This document shows positions 42,090 through 54,634 of a DNA stretch of 64,000 nt, in pieces; the first letter of the stretch is position 1; each line of letters begins with the position of its first letter. The DNA comes from Eledone cirrhosa. Taxonomy: Eukaryota. The translations under genes were made by a program, and so were the position numbers. The DNA is taken from positions 48,050,001-48,114,000 of the forward strand of contig OZ024746.1 in assembly GCA_964016885.1 (NCBI GenBank), given 5' to 3'. The notes under the pieces are model-generated. The model saw nothing but the letters and a program-made list of their open reading frames with translations. It was not told where the DNA came from and ran no database searches.

Positions 42090-42827
42090 TACGCATAAAA
42101 GTACTTGTATACATTGCTCCTATTAAGTTGAATGCTTTGCTGAAGCAATAAGCAGGCAATGGATCCATATGCTCTGCCCGAATCACACGGCACCTAGCAA
42201 TGGACTGGACTTAAAAATCCACTTTATTTTGATTACCGGAGGACCCATCTCATCTCTATAGATTAGCGGATCACTCAGGATCACAACATCCCCTGACCAT
42301 GGACAACACTTTATGGAATTTAACCCGTGGCTATCCATGGGAATACAAACACTTATAAGAGAGACCCCTTACCCTCTCCTCTGCTGCACACAAACTGGCA
42401 GACTACAATAACAATTACTGACTGCCAGGGAGGAGGGAGGAACAGGCTATTAGCTGATTTCAATACTACAAGGATGATTTGCTACTCTAAACATCTGGTG
42501 ATAGTGACGTAAGCCTGGGATTAGCCAGAACTACCACCATAATTCTTAGGGTCATACAGGGGCCACCCATCAAAGAAACAACACAACACATTTGGCCATC
42601 CCCCTGTATCAAGTCAAGAAAAGAACATTTTTTCTGGGGAAGTTTTTGGATTTTTAAAAAAATATATAGATTTTTTTTTTTTTTTTTTTTAAGGAAATTT
42701 CAATGTTTTCAGGTTTTTATAGGTTTTGCTATCTGAAGAGCTTAGGCTATCATAACTGATAGTCCTCAGTGAAATATGCAGAGTGGAGTTTTATATAAAC
42801 CTGAATCAACTGATTATGGCCTCCAAT

Positions 42828-42868
<41 letters not shown>

Positions 42869-43387
42869 TAAATGTACATGTATACATATGTACATAGACA
42901 AATACACACATATGCAAATGGTCCCATGCACATGAGATAGTTCTCTCTGAAATTAGCTACAATAAAAAAAATAATCAAATGCAAAAAAAAAGAAAAAACG
43001 AAAAAAAACATTCACTTAAACTAAATGAGCAAATTTCACCAATGCATCAAATTTGCTAATGCAAGGGGGATGTAAGGAATATGGAATACATTGCAAAATA
43101 TGTTTTTCAAAAGCCAGCTTAGGACTTTGGAGATTAATATAGGAAACAACATATTTAGAGAGGTTCCATGACCAGTTAGATGGTTAAAAGAAACCATAAA
43201 AACAAAGCTAACAAGGCCGAAATCACATCAAAATGCTGCATAGCAAGGAAAAAGGGTAGTCTTCAAGGAACTCCTTAGCATTAGAAGTAATATATTTTTT
43301 TAAATTACACATTGGTTAGCTAATAGCATAGATGGGAAACTTGAACATAAGTATCTACAGTAAGTGTGTGTGTGTACATATACATAC

Positions 43388-43467
<80 letters not shown>

Positions 43468-45006
43468 GTATGAATTATGTATGTGTATGTAAGTTAACTT
43501 ATTGCTCATTGGTGTGAAAGATTTGAAAACTATTTACATGGCTCTTCAGTTATATACTTACATCAATAGGCTAATTTCACTTTCTGAGAGAAGGTTAAGA
43601 GTCTGAATTAATTCCAATGTTTTGTCATACAAGATTACAGTAGAACAATGATTTTATATGCTTTAAGTCAAGAAATGTTTTCATACATTGCTGTATGGCA
43701 TCCTAAATGTCTAATTACAATCTCTTTCAATACAATTTAACTGGTTTGGGTTTACTTTTACTCTTTTAACCCGGCATTTAAACCAGCTGTATCCAGTCAG
43801 AATTCTCTCACCTTTTTCTGTTCAAACCAGCCGTAACCAGCTTTTCATACTGATGTTAAGATATTGTTCTCAAAATAAATAATATCAAAATTTCGTAGAT
43901 TCGATATTATGTGAGATATTATACAATAGTATATATATAGAGATGTAAATGCTAAAAGGTTAAAATACAAACTTGTAGAAAACCACCTCTAATTTTGTAA
44001 TACTTAGATTTATATTGAAAGCCTATCATAACTATATGTAAAATCTTTTGTTAAGTTACATTTTAAGTATCAGCTTAACTCTTTTTATATGGATCTGTCT
44101 GAAATTTCCCCTGGTATATATATATATATTCCTGACATCTACTTTGACAACTATAATCTAATGAAACAGCTTTTAATTTCTAGAAAAAAACAACCAACTG
44201 GATCTGGTTGAGATGAACAGAAGTGAGCTTCATAAGGCTTAAGTGCAATACACGTTTTAAGTCTCTCATAGTTAAGTGGATAAAGGTCATCAGCAAACGG
44301 ACACCCTGGATTCATATGGATGTGGCCTGGCTTCTTTAGAGTGTAAGGCTAAAGTACTTGTATCAGGTGGTAGGGGTTTTTTCTCTAAAGACCTGCTATC
44401 TAGCTCCTCCAAGGCTTTCTTGCTACTGTAGAATTAAATGAACTGTCAAAATACCCAATGAAATGCTTAGAATTGATTAAAAAAGAAGCTCTATGAGTTA
44501 GTAATATAATATCTATTTAGCCATTTTATATCGACATGCACAAATTTGTGTGTGTGCGTGTATGTACATCTATATGTGTGCATATACAGAATTGTATGAG
44601 TGCTTTGGCAAGTGTTTGTATGCAATAGAAACATCTGTTTAAATGAGGAAACATTTTATTTGTAAATAGTCCAATCTTCTCCTGTAATAGTAGAGAAATT
44701 AAAATAAGAAAACAAACAAATAGTTTTCCAAAGAATGGAAAGTAAAAAAAAAAAGAAAAAAAACTGGGGTGAGGATTTTTTCATATGGGCAAACCCTGGG
44801 ATTTAAAAAAAAATATAAACATGCTTATAAAAGAGAAAACGAGCCGAGCAACTATTCATCTTTAATATAGCCACACACTAATATAGACTACATAGTTTGT
44901 ATATATAAAAAATGAAAAATTTAAGATTGCCAGCCAAGAATTCATCAGTGCTTCTAACAATCAAAACACCTAAAATCTAAGCACTAGCTGCTTTTCACAC
45001 ATTTAC

Positions 45007-45027
45007 CTGAGTGGGCTGAATCAGTAT
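45007..45027 (-). CDS. NCX: Candidate 21-nt NCX cassette microexon (DTDSAHS)
   Basis: ttgtttatgctttgtttttatag|ATACTGATTCAGCCCACTCAG|gtaaat; phase 1-1, with TGC in the pyrimidine tract. Confidence 0.65.
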
Positions 45028-45978
45028 CTATAAAAACAAAGCATAAACAATTCAAAATAAAATAAAAAGCAAAGTAAAATAATATATATATATATATATA
45101 TGAATGTATGTATGTGTGTGTGTATTAAGGTTAGGAATTTTGATTCAAGTACTCATTTGTTTTTAGTTTGTAATCACTGGATGGGTGACTTGGGAGATAT
45201 AGTGAGGCAACTGAAATTTCTAATTGAATCAAAATCTAATAAAAAAAAAAATAACACCACCAAAAAGAAAAGAAAACCCTGAAATTTCCTTTTTTAATTC
45301 AAAAGTTAAATCTCAGTTGAAATTAAATTTTTTGTTTGCTTTTTAATCTTCTGGATGCTCTGAGTGCATTAAGCTGCCAATAGAGTAATCTCCCCTTATA
45401 CAGTGTCAAGGGAAGTAATTCAAAACAATTTCTAGTGTGCTGAAGGTTGTTTTGAGTTTTTTTTTTTACTCTTATATTTTTCATTTTCTATAAATATGTA
45501 GAACGTATCCCAGTCCCTGGCAGATTCATCAATTTAGAATTTAGAACCAGAAATTGGGGAAGAAAAACTTGAATCAAAATTCCTATTCCAGATAATGCTA
45601 TTTGTGTATGTACAACAAAGTATAAAGTGAAAAAACCGAAATAAAATTGAGAAATCAAATAAATCTTTGAAAACATAAGTAAATAAGAAACAAAGAATAA
45701 CTGTAGGTATTAATATAAAGAAAAAATAATTATTATTCAGTAGACAATATTGAAACATTAAAAATGTTATGGTTTTGATGAGAGAAGCAGATGACTTTTA
45801 TATAATTTTTTTTTCTATTTTTTTTTCTCAAACTTTTTTCTATTTTTCAAAAGCTTTTGCCATGATGGATGAGAATGCTTTCAAGAAAAAAAACAAAACA
45901 AAAACAATGGTTATTTCAACAGGGAGTTAAAAAAAGGAAGAAAGGTTTCAAAATCAGTCTAGTAAAAAAAAAAAATAG

Positions 45979-46027
<49 letters not shown>

Positions 46028-46123
46028 ATACAATACACATGCATATATGATGGTGATTTTATACACCATTCCTATGATCCTTGTTTCTTACAACAAAAAT
46101 GTAGCAATAAAAATGCCACCCAC

Positions 46124-46195
46124 TGTTTTCCACATTTTTCTGTTTAAAAGATAATCTTGGAACGTTAATGGACTTAGGAATATTATCGTTCCAAA
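46124..46195 (-). CDS. Candidate 72-nt NCX cassette exon (VWNDNIPKSINVPRLSFKQKNVEN)
   Basis: ttgtttatatttag|TTTGG ... AAACA|gtgggt; phase 1-1, open and polar. The donor is only moderate. Confidence 0.4.
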
Positions 46196-46879
46196 CTAAA
46201 TATAAACAACTAATAAGGAAATATGAAAAACCATAGATACTCAAACATGGTTGTGTCTTCAATGCAGCATGTTTGAAAGAACAAAGAGAGTGTGTGAGAG
46301 AGAGAGACAGAGGTTTTGATCTTGACCATATATTTGCAAGAGTTCAAATGTGTTGACTTCAGTCTGTCACTATACTCTAGTCAGTCTGAAAAAGCTAGAG
46401 CCTTTATATAGCTCTTCAAACAAATAAGCCTCCACCCTGCCACAAAAAAACATATTTTAAATAAGAAAAATATATTGAATGGGAGTTGTTTAATCAGCTA
46501 GAAATAACAGCCAAATTTTCGTTGAATCAAACCCTTCCATTGCCTCCCCACTAAAAAAAAAAAAACTTCATTGGAAAAGGTAATCATAGGTTTATAATGA
46601 ATGGACATTAGGGAAAAAAAATCACGATGTGATGGTCTCCATTGAAATGTCTCTGATCATGTGTGATTGATAAAATTTGATTGGGTTAAAAAACAGCATC
46701 TTATATGAAAAGGAAGGCAAAGGGAGCAATTATTTGTTTGTGCGCCCAAAGACTGAAAGATTCAGTTAGCTAATGAGAAATTAATCAATTTATTCCAATC
46801 AAGTAATGAAGATTTAAAACGAGGGAAATTTCCATGTTTAATATCAATAAGAAACATTCAGATGACTGGAACAACAAGT

Positions 46880-47345
46880 GTTTTAAGGCTAATTTCTTTG
46901 CTAAAGCAGAGGTACGCTTTGCAGGCTCCATGACAAGCTTTTTGATTTTGCCCAATGTTCTGTGTTCCCCTCTTACTAACTCCCTGGCTTTCATTTCCTC
47001 CTCCATCTTTAGACATGTCAATCCTGGTCTTCCTCTTCCTCTATTTCCTTCCACATTAATTTCAGTCATGCCCCTCACCCAGTCACATTCATCCTTCCTC
47101 TTCATTAGCACGACACCCAGTTTCCAGAACTTCTTCCATGTTCATATCACTCTACCTAGCATTGCTGTTTGATCCATCTCTTCATTCAGCCATGCTTTGC
47201 AGCATAGAGTTATGGCCCTTTACTTTCTGAGTTCAAATCCCGCTGAGGTTAACTTTGCCTTTCATCCTTACAGAGTCAATAAAATAAAGCACCAGTAATG
47301 CACTGGGGTTATTGCTGGTCTTGTGCCAAAAATAGAAACAATTAT
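46880..47345. mobile_element. RTE 3' remnant (minus) abutting a truncated Nin SINE (plus)
   Basis: ORF 46785-47111 contains VEGNRGRGRPGLT (typical RTE C-terminus); SINE at 47188-47345. Confidence 0.65.
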
Positions 47346-48822
47346 TCTTAAGAAGCAGTTCAACATCTGTTTTGTCTGTACCTCCCTCCATACACATCTT
47401 GCACTTAAATGTAGCTACTACATTATTCTATAATTCTCTCACAGCCAAATATTTAAATGACTAAAACCTTTCATAAATATAAAACTTTGTTTCATATACT
47501 ACAATCAATCAATCAATATCCATAGCCTGAACAGCAATAATGGGGAAAAGACACTTTATTCAGTCCACCCCAGTGTATTACTGGTACTTATTTTATTGAA
47601 GGACTTGAACTTAAAACAGAGGAACAAAACCTTATAAAACAGTAAAGATATTGAGTTTAATTCTCTGTCCTATACTTGCTTCCAAATCAACATCTATTGG
47701 AATATAAATAACAATCCCAGTACATTCCATCAATAGTAATTGTAAAAATTTATTAATATTCTGACTTATTTTCACACAGAAAAATCATCTATAATTACAT
47801 CCTTTTGGATTCCTCTGTGTTTTGAAATATATTTGAAGACAAATGAATCAAGAAAGATCTTTGATGTTAATGGATGTGCCAAGTAAAATATTTAGATTAG
47901 CAAGTATAGCTGACCCAATGAGAATATGTATAACAAGATATGTGTGAGTGTAGACAACTAGGCAGAAAGCCAAAACCATATTGGAGGATATGACAGGAGC
48001 AGATAACTGGTAGTAATGCTAAGTGCAACAATATGTGGATGAGTGTAACTGACTATAGTGAAATGAATGATATATGGGAGGATACAGATAGTAATTGAAG
48101 TGATTAAACTAAGAGATATATATTACTGCTGACTTAATTCATTTGCTCACCTGCTTCAAAAGGAAGCTGGAACTGATAATTATAAGCAGGGAAAAAAACT
48201 TATGAAAAATGCATTAGTTTGATTAGCAAATATGTATATCAACTAAAGTAATACTGTACTAGTTGGCAAGTCTAATTAAATATATGTTGATTATTACATT
48301 CTCTTGAATCATCAGATGTGATATTTTTACTGAAACTATTTCCATTTATTAAAAGTTAATTTGAAGTTTTAATTTCTTTTTTTTTCCAAAGACTAAATTT
48401 ACTCACCATCATCTGACATCTATGTTCCATGCTTGAATAGGTTACATAAGCTAGTTTTTTTGTACAGATTTTCGTTTATTTACACAGAAAATAATTCAAC
48501 AAACAGTTAATTTTGTTTCCATATAGTTTACTAGAAACAGCTTATACACATATATACACAAGGTCCGAATACAAAAGAACTAAACTCCAACTGTCATTGC
48601 CTCCGTCTCTCCCGCTCTCCCCATATCTCACTATTGTGAGCAAATGGGGGGGGGGGGGGCATACACTGGCCACCCTGTGGCCCTGGCGGACAGAAAAGAG
48701 AAGGTGTTTCCCTGGAGGATGTACTTGTACATTCTGGTTTTGGCTTAGTTTCTACGGTTGGATGCCATGTCTAACACCAACCACTTTAAAACATGTATTG
48801 GGAGCATTTTATCATGAATCCA

Positions 48823-48861
<39 letters not shown>

Positions 48862-49852
48862 AAAAATTAAAATGTTAGGGGTCTCTTTACAAATTCACGT
48901 GTTTAGGGAAAAACAAAAATAGGATTTGGGAAATGCACTGAATGACCTTTTGGTTATTTAGTAGGTTTCTGTATAAATGTGCCAAGTAATTTTACAATTA
49001 TTTATATTTCTGTTTACTTTTACCAGATTCAGCTGCGTTTACAGCCTTTTCAAAAAGATTCTTGTTACAGTCTATCGAAAGTTGTTTTTCATTTATGTTT
49101 ATCTCACGTGGTTGGCTACTTGTGACGAAGGTGATAATAAGGATTCTTCTTTGCCCACTTATTCCTGGGAGAGTCATGGGGCAGAGTCCTCAAACACTCC
49201 TTCCAGTGGGTCCTGTCAGAAACAACCATCTCCAATTGATCTGGCTGGTTCCTCAAGCAAAACCAGCCATGCTCATGGATGTTATCCAATCATCTTGCTT
49301 GAGGTCTACACCTGGGTTTCCTGTCAGTTGGTTTTGCTCATAAAATCTGTCCAGCAATTCTTTCCTGAAATGTTCTAACCACATGCCCATAGTATCAGGA
49401 CTGTGATCTCTAAATTCAAAGAAGTAGCAACTCTCTCAGTTATGCAGTCTGTTGAGTAACATTACTCCAAAGACCCTTCAGAAGAATCCCATTTTGGCCG
49501 CTTATATTCGCAATCATATTCTTTCAGTCATTACCCAAGATTCATGACCATAGGTAAGGGTTGGTACGAATATTGAATTAAAGACAGTGAGTTTAGACTT
49601 TAGACCTACCTCGCAAATACTGAAGCTGGCATATTACTGTACCAGCTCCTGCAATTCTTGCACTTAATTCAGCCACCTGCTTTCCATTACTCATGAACAT
49701 GGCCCTAAGATACTTGACTTTCTCCAGCTGCTTCAGTGGAACTCCACTCACAAGGATTCATTTTCATAAATATTTCTTTTAACTGAACACAAGCACAATT
49801 ATTTTATTTTAAAAAATGTGGAATATAAATCAGTTCAGTTGAGCCCAGCATA

Positions 49853-50042
49853 TAATTGTTTCTACTTTTTGGCACAAGGCCAGCAATTACCCAGTGTATT
49901 ACTGGTACTTTATTTTATCGACCTTGTAAGGATGAAAGGCAAAGTTAACCTCGGCGGGATTTGAACTCAGAATGACAAGGGCCGTAACTCTCTGCATCAA
50001 AGCATGGCGTCCGACCCTCTACCGATACTGCCAGTCCACTGC
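49853..50042 (-). mobile_element. Nin-domain SINE copy
   Basis: Near-consensus reverse complement. Confidence 0.85.
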
Positions 50043-51339
50043 TACTTCTTTGGCTCCAAATGAAATGAAAGAAAAGTTGACCCTGGATGAAGTTGAACTT
50101 AGTTACTATAATGATGAAAACCAGTAAAAAATAAATCACGAAAAGCAAAGAAAATTATGATTTTCAGTCAACATATATATATAGGTATAACCTCATCTGA
50201 ATAAATTATAGAAGCCATTTCAATTTTAAATAGAAGAAAAGATTTTTTTGCTATATTAAAGGTGCACTTATAAGAAGTATCAACAAAATAAATTTACTGA
50301 CAATGATTAATCAGTATGAACTTGCTGCTGAAATGTAATTAGGTAAATCTGAGTTTTATACACAAAATTGTTGAATTGATTCATAAAACATTCCTCTATA
50401 TATCTTTATTCAATCATTTATTGCTGTATTCAGGCAACAAAAACAGTTGAGATCATTTTTATAAATTATAAATATTTAAGACTGCTAGCACTCAACTGTA
50501 TGCAAGATATAGAACATCAAATAATGATATATAAGCAAACAACAGCTAAAAAACAATGGAAGAACAAACGAAACAAATAAAAAAGAAATAATATGAAAGA
50601 GAAAACCTCTACAGATAAAAATGGTAATGATGACAAGTATTACTGGAAGGAAGCCAAAGGGGTGTTAAGAAAAAAAAAAAAAAATGAGAAAAAGAGAATA
50701 TTATCTATTATAAAGATATTCAGGTGTAAATTAGAAACAAGAGCTGATAGGAAAAAAAAATTATTGCATAAGGAAAGTTTGGCAAGAACACTCATGTGCT
50801 AGCAACAAAAGAGCTGTCTAAAATATCACCAAGCTAAATTTACTTGTGTCGACAGGTGTTAAAATAATATTTAGTTCACAACACAGAATACAATAAATAG
50901 TTAACCCTGTATTAGCCTGAGCAGTCAAAGCTACAAAGAAAACAATCCTAGTTGCCCATAGGTATTCTAATTTAATGTTTAGCAGAGAGAGATATAAATT
51001 AGCCAAAAAAGTAGAATGCTAGATGAAATACTTTACAATATTTTCTTTTGTCCTGCTACCATCTCAGTTCAGATCTTATCAGAATTAAGTTTGATATTTA
51101 TCTCTTCAAGCTCTATAAGTATCAGCAATAAACTGAATCAATTCAGTCAGCCATGCTAGTCTCCTTCAAAATTTGGCCTCGTATTTAGTCAAAAAGAACC
51201 ATCAAGGGAACAATCAAATTATATTGACTCTGGAAGAGTGAATGACAAACTAAAACTGGGTGGAATTTGAACCTAGAATGCAAAGAGATTTAACAACAGG
51301 GTATTTTGTTTGATGCTCTACCAATTCAGTTATTTAGGA

Positions 51340-51871
51340 TCTTAATATGAGTAAAAGTGAATGTATGTATGCAGGTTTTAAGTTGTAAGCTATATAGTTT
51401 AGCTGAAATTTTGCATAGAGCCTCAACTTCAAGAAGGCCATAGCTATAAGAATTTGTCTGAAATTTGTTATTTTTAACTCCAATGAGAAAGACTATGAAT
51501 ATTGCAAACTGCCAAGCACTACAATAGACTTTGGAAAAAAATACTGATAAAAAAATAAAATTATTTGGAATAATTATGTAAATTAGTATTGTAATTTTGA
51601 AAAAGAGTATGCTTTCTGAGAAAACATAAAAATTTATAAAGGCAAAATTTTATTTTAGATTCTACATTTATTTGAATATTTTCTGTTCATTTTCATGAAT
51701 CTCAATTTGAACCATGGCTTGGGTGCAATAATTCTGAAAGAATGAAACATTTCTGGACAAACTAAAGATTTTTCAGAATCTCTTTAAAGTAATGTTTCTA
51801 AAATATGTGAAGTAATATTATATTCATTTGAAGAATTAATAAACCTAGGCAAGGCCCGGAATGGCTGCTAG
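51340..51871 (+). mobile_element. Degenerate non-autonomous Helitron
   Basis: 5' a|TCTTAATATGAGTAAAAG..gtatgtatg; 3' cctaggcaaggcccgg..CTAG|t. Confidence 0.6.
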
Positions 51872-53228
51872 TAGCTAACAATAACATATATCAATGGTAA
51901 TTTCCTGTAATCATGAATCTTTCATTGGTGAAAAATTGCATTGAGTAGCAATTATGGAAATAAGCTGGAAATTTAGCAACATAACATAACCCGTCATCTA
52001 CTCAAATCCTGTTCACTGAAGCAGAAACAAAATATTTATAGCCAACTGCCTGCAATAGAATTGCTGTAAATTTCTTTCACAAAATATTTTGGGATTTAAG
52101 ACATCAGATTTAATTTGATTTGGTGAAGGTTAAGTGGCTAGCCATAATTTGATTTGGTGAAGGTTAAATGGCTAGCTATAATGTGTTAGATAAATAAAGG
52201 CGAAAGTAATTGCCAAGGCTTCCACAAGCTTTATGAGACCATGAATCTGCATCTAAAAAATTCCTCTTAGGTGCAGACCTGGGAAAGGATGGAATTTCTT
52301 TTATACTTAGAAGGCCAGCAGTTATCCAGGTAAACAAGTCTCCCCACTCCACACCATCGACGTTAGTCCAATAAAGTTTGGCACTGGTGTTGTTAGAAGC
52401 ATCGTCATTAGAATGATAAGAGCCAGAACAGATACTGCAAGGTATCCCAGCCAACACTGCCAATTAACGTTTTCTAGAAGGTGGTCTATTTATTGACACT
52501 GAAGAGAGGAAAAACACAGTTAGCCTCAGTGAGATTTAAACTCAGAGCACAGGTAATCAGAATACTGCCAATTATTCTATTTAACACACTAATAATACTG
52601 CCAGTTTGCTGTCTAATCGTCATAATATCTACTACAATAGCCAGAGAAAAAAAATCTGAGGAAACTAATGTTCATTGGTAAAAATCATATAAAATGTTAC
52701 AAAATCTCTATACTCATACTTTTTCACTTTATGTTAATTAAGTTTTTGGTCACAAAAGAACCTTGATTTAAGCATCTGCTTAATAATGAGTACTACATCT
52801 GTTTCACATATGATGAGGGCACACTGTGATATAACTCAAAAGCAACAACTCTGACGGTTGCTGGTTAGTTACATAAGCACTACAAGTATAGTAGAGGAAA
52901 AAGAATATAAAAAAAGCAAAAGAACAAAAAAAAAAAAAAGGAATAAAAAACCAAGAATCTCGTAAAAGCACCCTTATATATATATAGTCATCCTATCTTA
53001 TGAACATTAAATTCATTAGGCGCTATTTATATATATATACACACAGACAAGCACACCTATACCTATGTGACTATGCTAGAAGAGGTTTGGAAGGCTCTGT
53101 CAAAATGTCCATATGTGGCACCAATAAAAGCTAGCAACTAACCTACCTCTAGCTTCCATATTTTCTTTCTTTTTTTTTTGTAATCAGATAAGTACCAAAA
53201 GAAATAACAACAACATCATATCTGTTAC

Positions 53229-53270
53229 CTGTCATCTCTGCCATATTTAGTCCAGCACGCATAGCTATTT
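53229..53270 (-). CDS. Candidate 42-nt (or 36-nt) NCX cassette exon (EIAMRAGLNMAEMT)
   Basis: Very strong pyrimidine tract ctccttctccctttctctttctctatattag followed by tataag and aaatag (three AGs 6 nt apart). Donor ACAG|gtaaca. The 42- and 36-nt forms are open in phase 1-1; the 48-nt form starts GTA TAA (stop). Confidence 0.5.
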
Positions 53271-53374
53271 CTTATACTAATATAGAGAAAGAGAAAGGGA
53301 GAAGGAGTTTGAAGTGCATAAGTACTATTAGTGGTAAACTGATACATAGTGCATTGCAATATTTTCACACATGA

Positions 53375-53473
53375 TAAATATATATATATATAAATAAATA
53401 TATAAATATATAAATATATATATATAAATATAAATATATATATACATATATATAAATATAAATATATATATAA

Positions 53474-53504
<31 letters not shown>

Positions 53505-53674
53505 AATATATATATTTACAAATATAAATATATATATATACAAATATATATTTACAAATATAAATATATATACAAATATATATATATATATAAATAAATA
53601 TATATATTTACAAATATAAATATATATATATACAAATATATATATATATATATATATAAATATAAATATATAAG

Positions 53675-53712
<38 letters not shown>

Positions 53713-53744
53713 AATATATATATATAAATATAAATATTTAAGTA

Positions 53745-53792
<48 letters not shown>

Positions 53793-53806
53793 AATATAAA
53801 TATATA
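53375..53806. repeat. (TA)n/(TAAATA)n microsatellite; similar tracts at 54438-54634, 56187-56700, 60196-60414, 60700-61082 and 62250-62683
   Basis: Read directly. Confidence 0.95.
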
Positions 53807-54336
53807 TATATCATAAATCATGTCTTTAGAATCATCAGATATTAAAATATATACTATTTCTTCTTCTAATTAGCATAATTAACCATATACAAAGTCCATC
53901 CTAGCAAGCTATAAGAATAAATTCTCTTATGGGGAAATCTCCGACAAATAATCGACCGTAGCCTCTTCGCGTCGGCCCCGTCTCATTATTTATCCAACAT
54001 TTCGACAGCATGTAGAATCTGACCAAATATACCATCAACTACACACAATTAGTAGTAAAATTAAACTTAGAAGAAATGCGTACATACCGTAATTATATCT
54101 CTGGTTGATGGTATATTTGGTCAGATTCTACATGCTGTCGAAATGTTGGATAAATAATGAGACGGGGCCGACGCGAAGAGGCTACGGTCGATTATTTGTC
54201 GGAGATTTCCCCATAAGAGAATTTATTCTTATAGCTTGCTAGGATGGACTTTGTATATGGTTAATTATGCTAATTAGAAGAAGAAATAGTATATATTTTA
54301 ATATCTGATGATTCTAAAGACATGATTTATGATATA
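53807..54336. repeat. Long inverted repeat (233-bp arms, 64-bp spacer), probably Penelope-like pseudo-LTR
   Basis: 53807-54039 is the reverse complement of 54104-54336; no mismatch seen by eye. Confidence 0.9.
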
Positions 54337-54634
54337 ATGCTCTGATTTTTTGATTTTAATTTATTAATTCTTCATAAAGCTTAAAAGTGAACAGTTGCAA
54401 CATATATATATCTTTAACTTTATGTATATGATAACCTTTATATATATATATATATATATATAAATATAAATATATATAAATATAAATATATATAAATATA
54501 TATGTAAATATAAATATATATAAATATATATATAAATATAAATATATATATAAATATAAATATATATATAAATATATATATAAATATAAATATATATATA
54601 AATATAAATATAAATATAAATATAAATATAAATA

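Noticed and set aside
44290-44426. Polar open frame SKKALEELDSRSLEKKPLPP..YESRVS ending like the paralogous exons
   Set aside because: The good acceptors enter it in the wrong phase and there is no phase-1 donor. It could be a dead exon but is unsupported.
45508-45598. Phase-1 open hydrophobic frame; a similar one lies near 50844-50930
   Set aside because: Weak splice sites and intron-like composition.
52176-52463. 95-aa ORF
   Set aside because: No NCX similarity or compatible splice sites; probably a decayed repeat.
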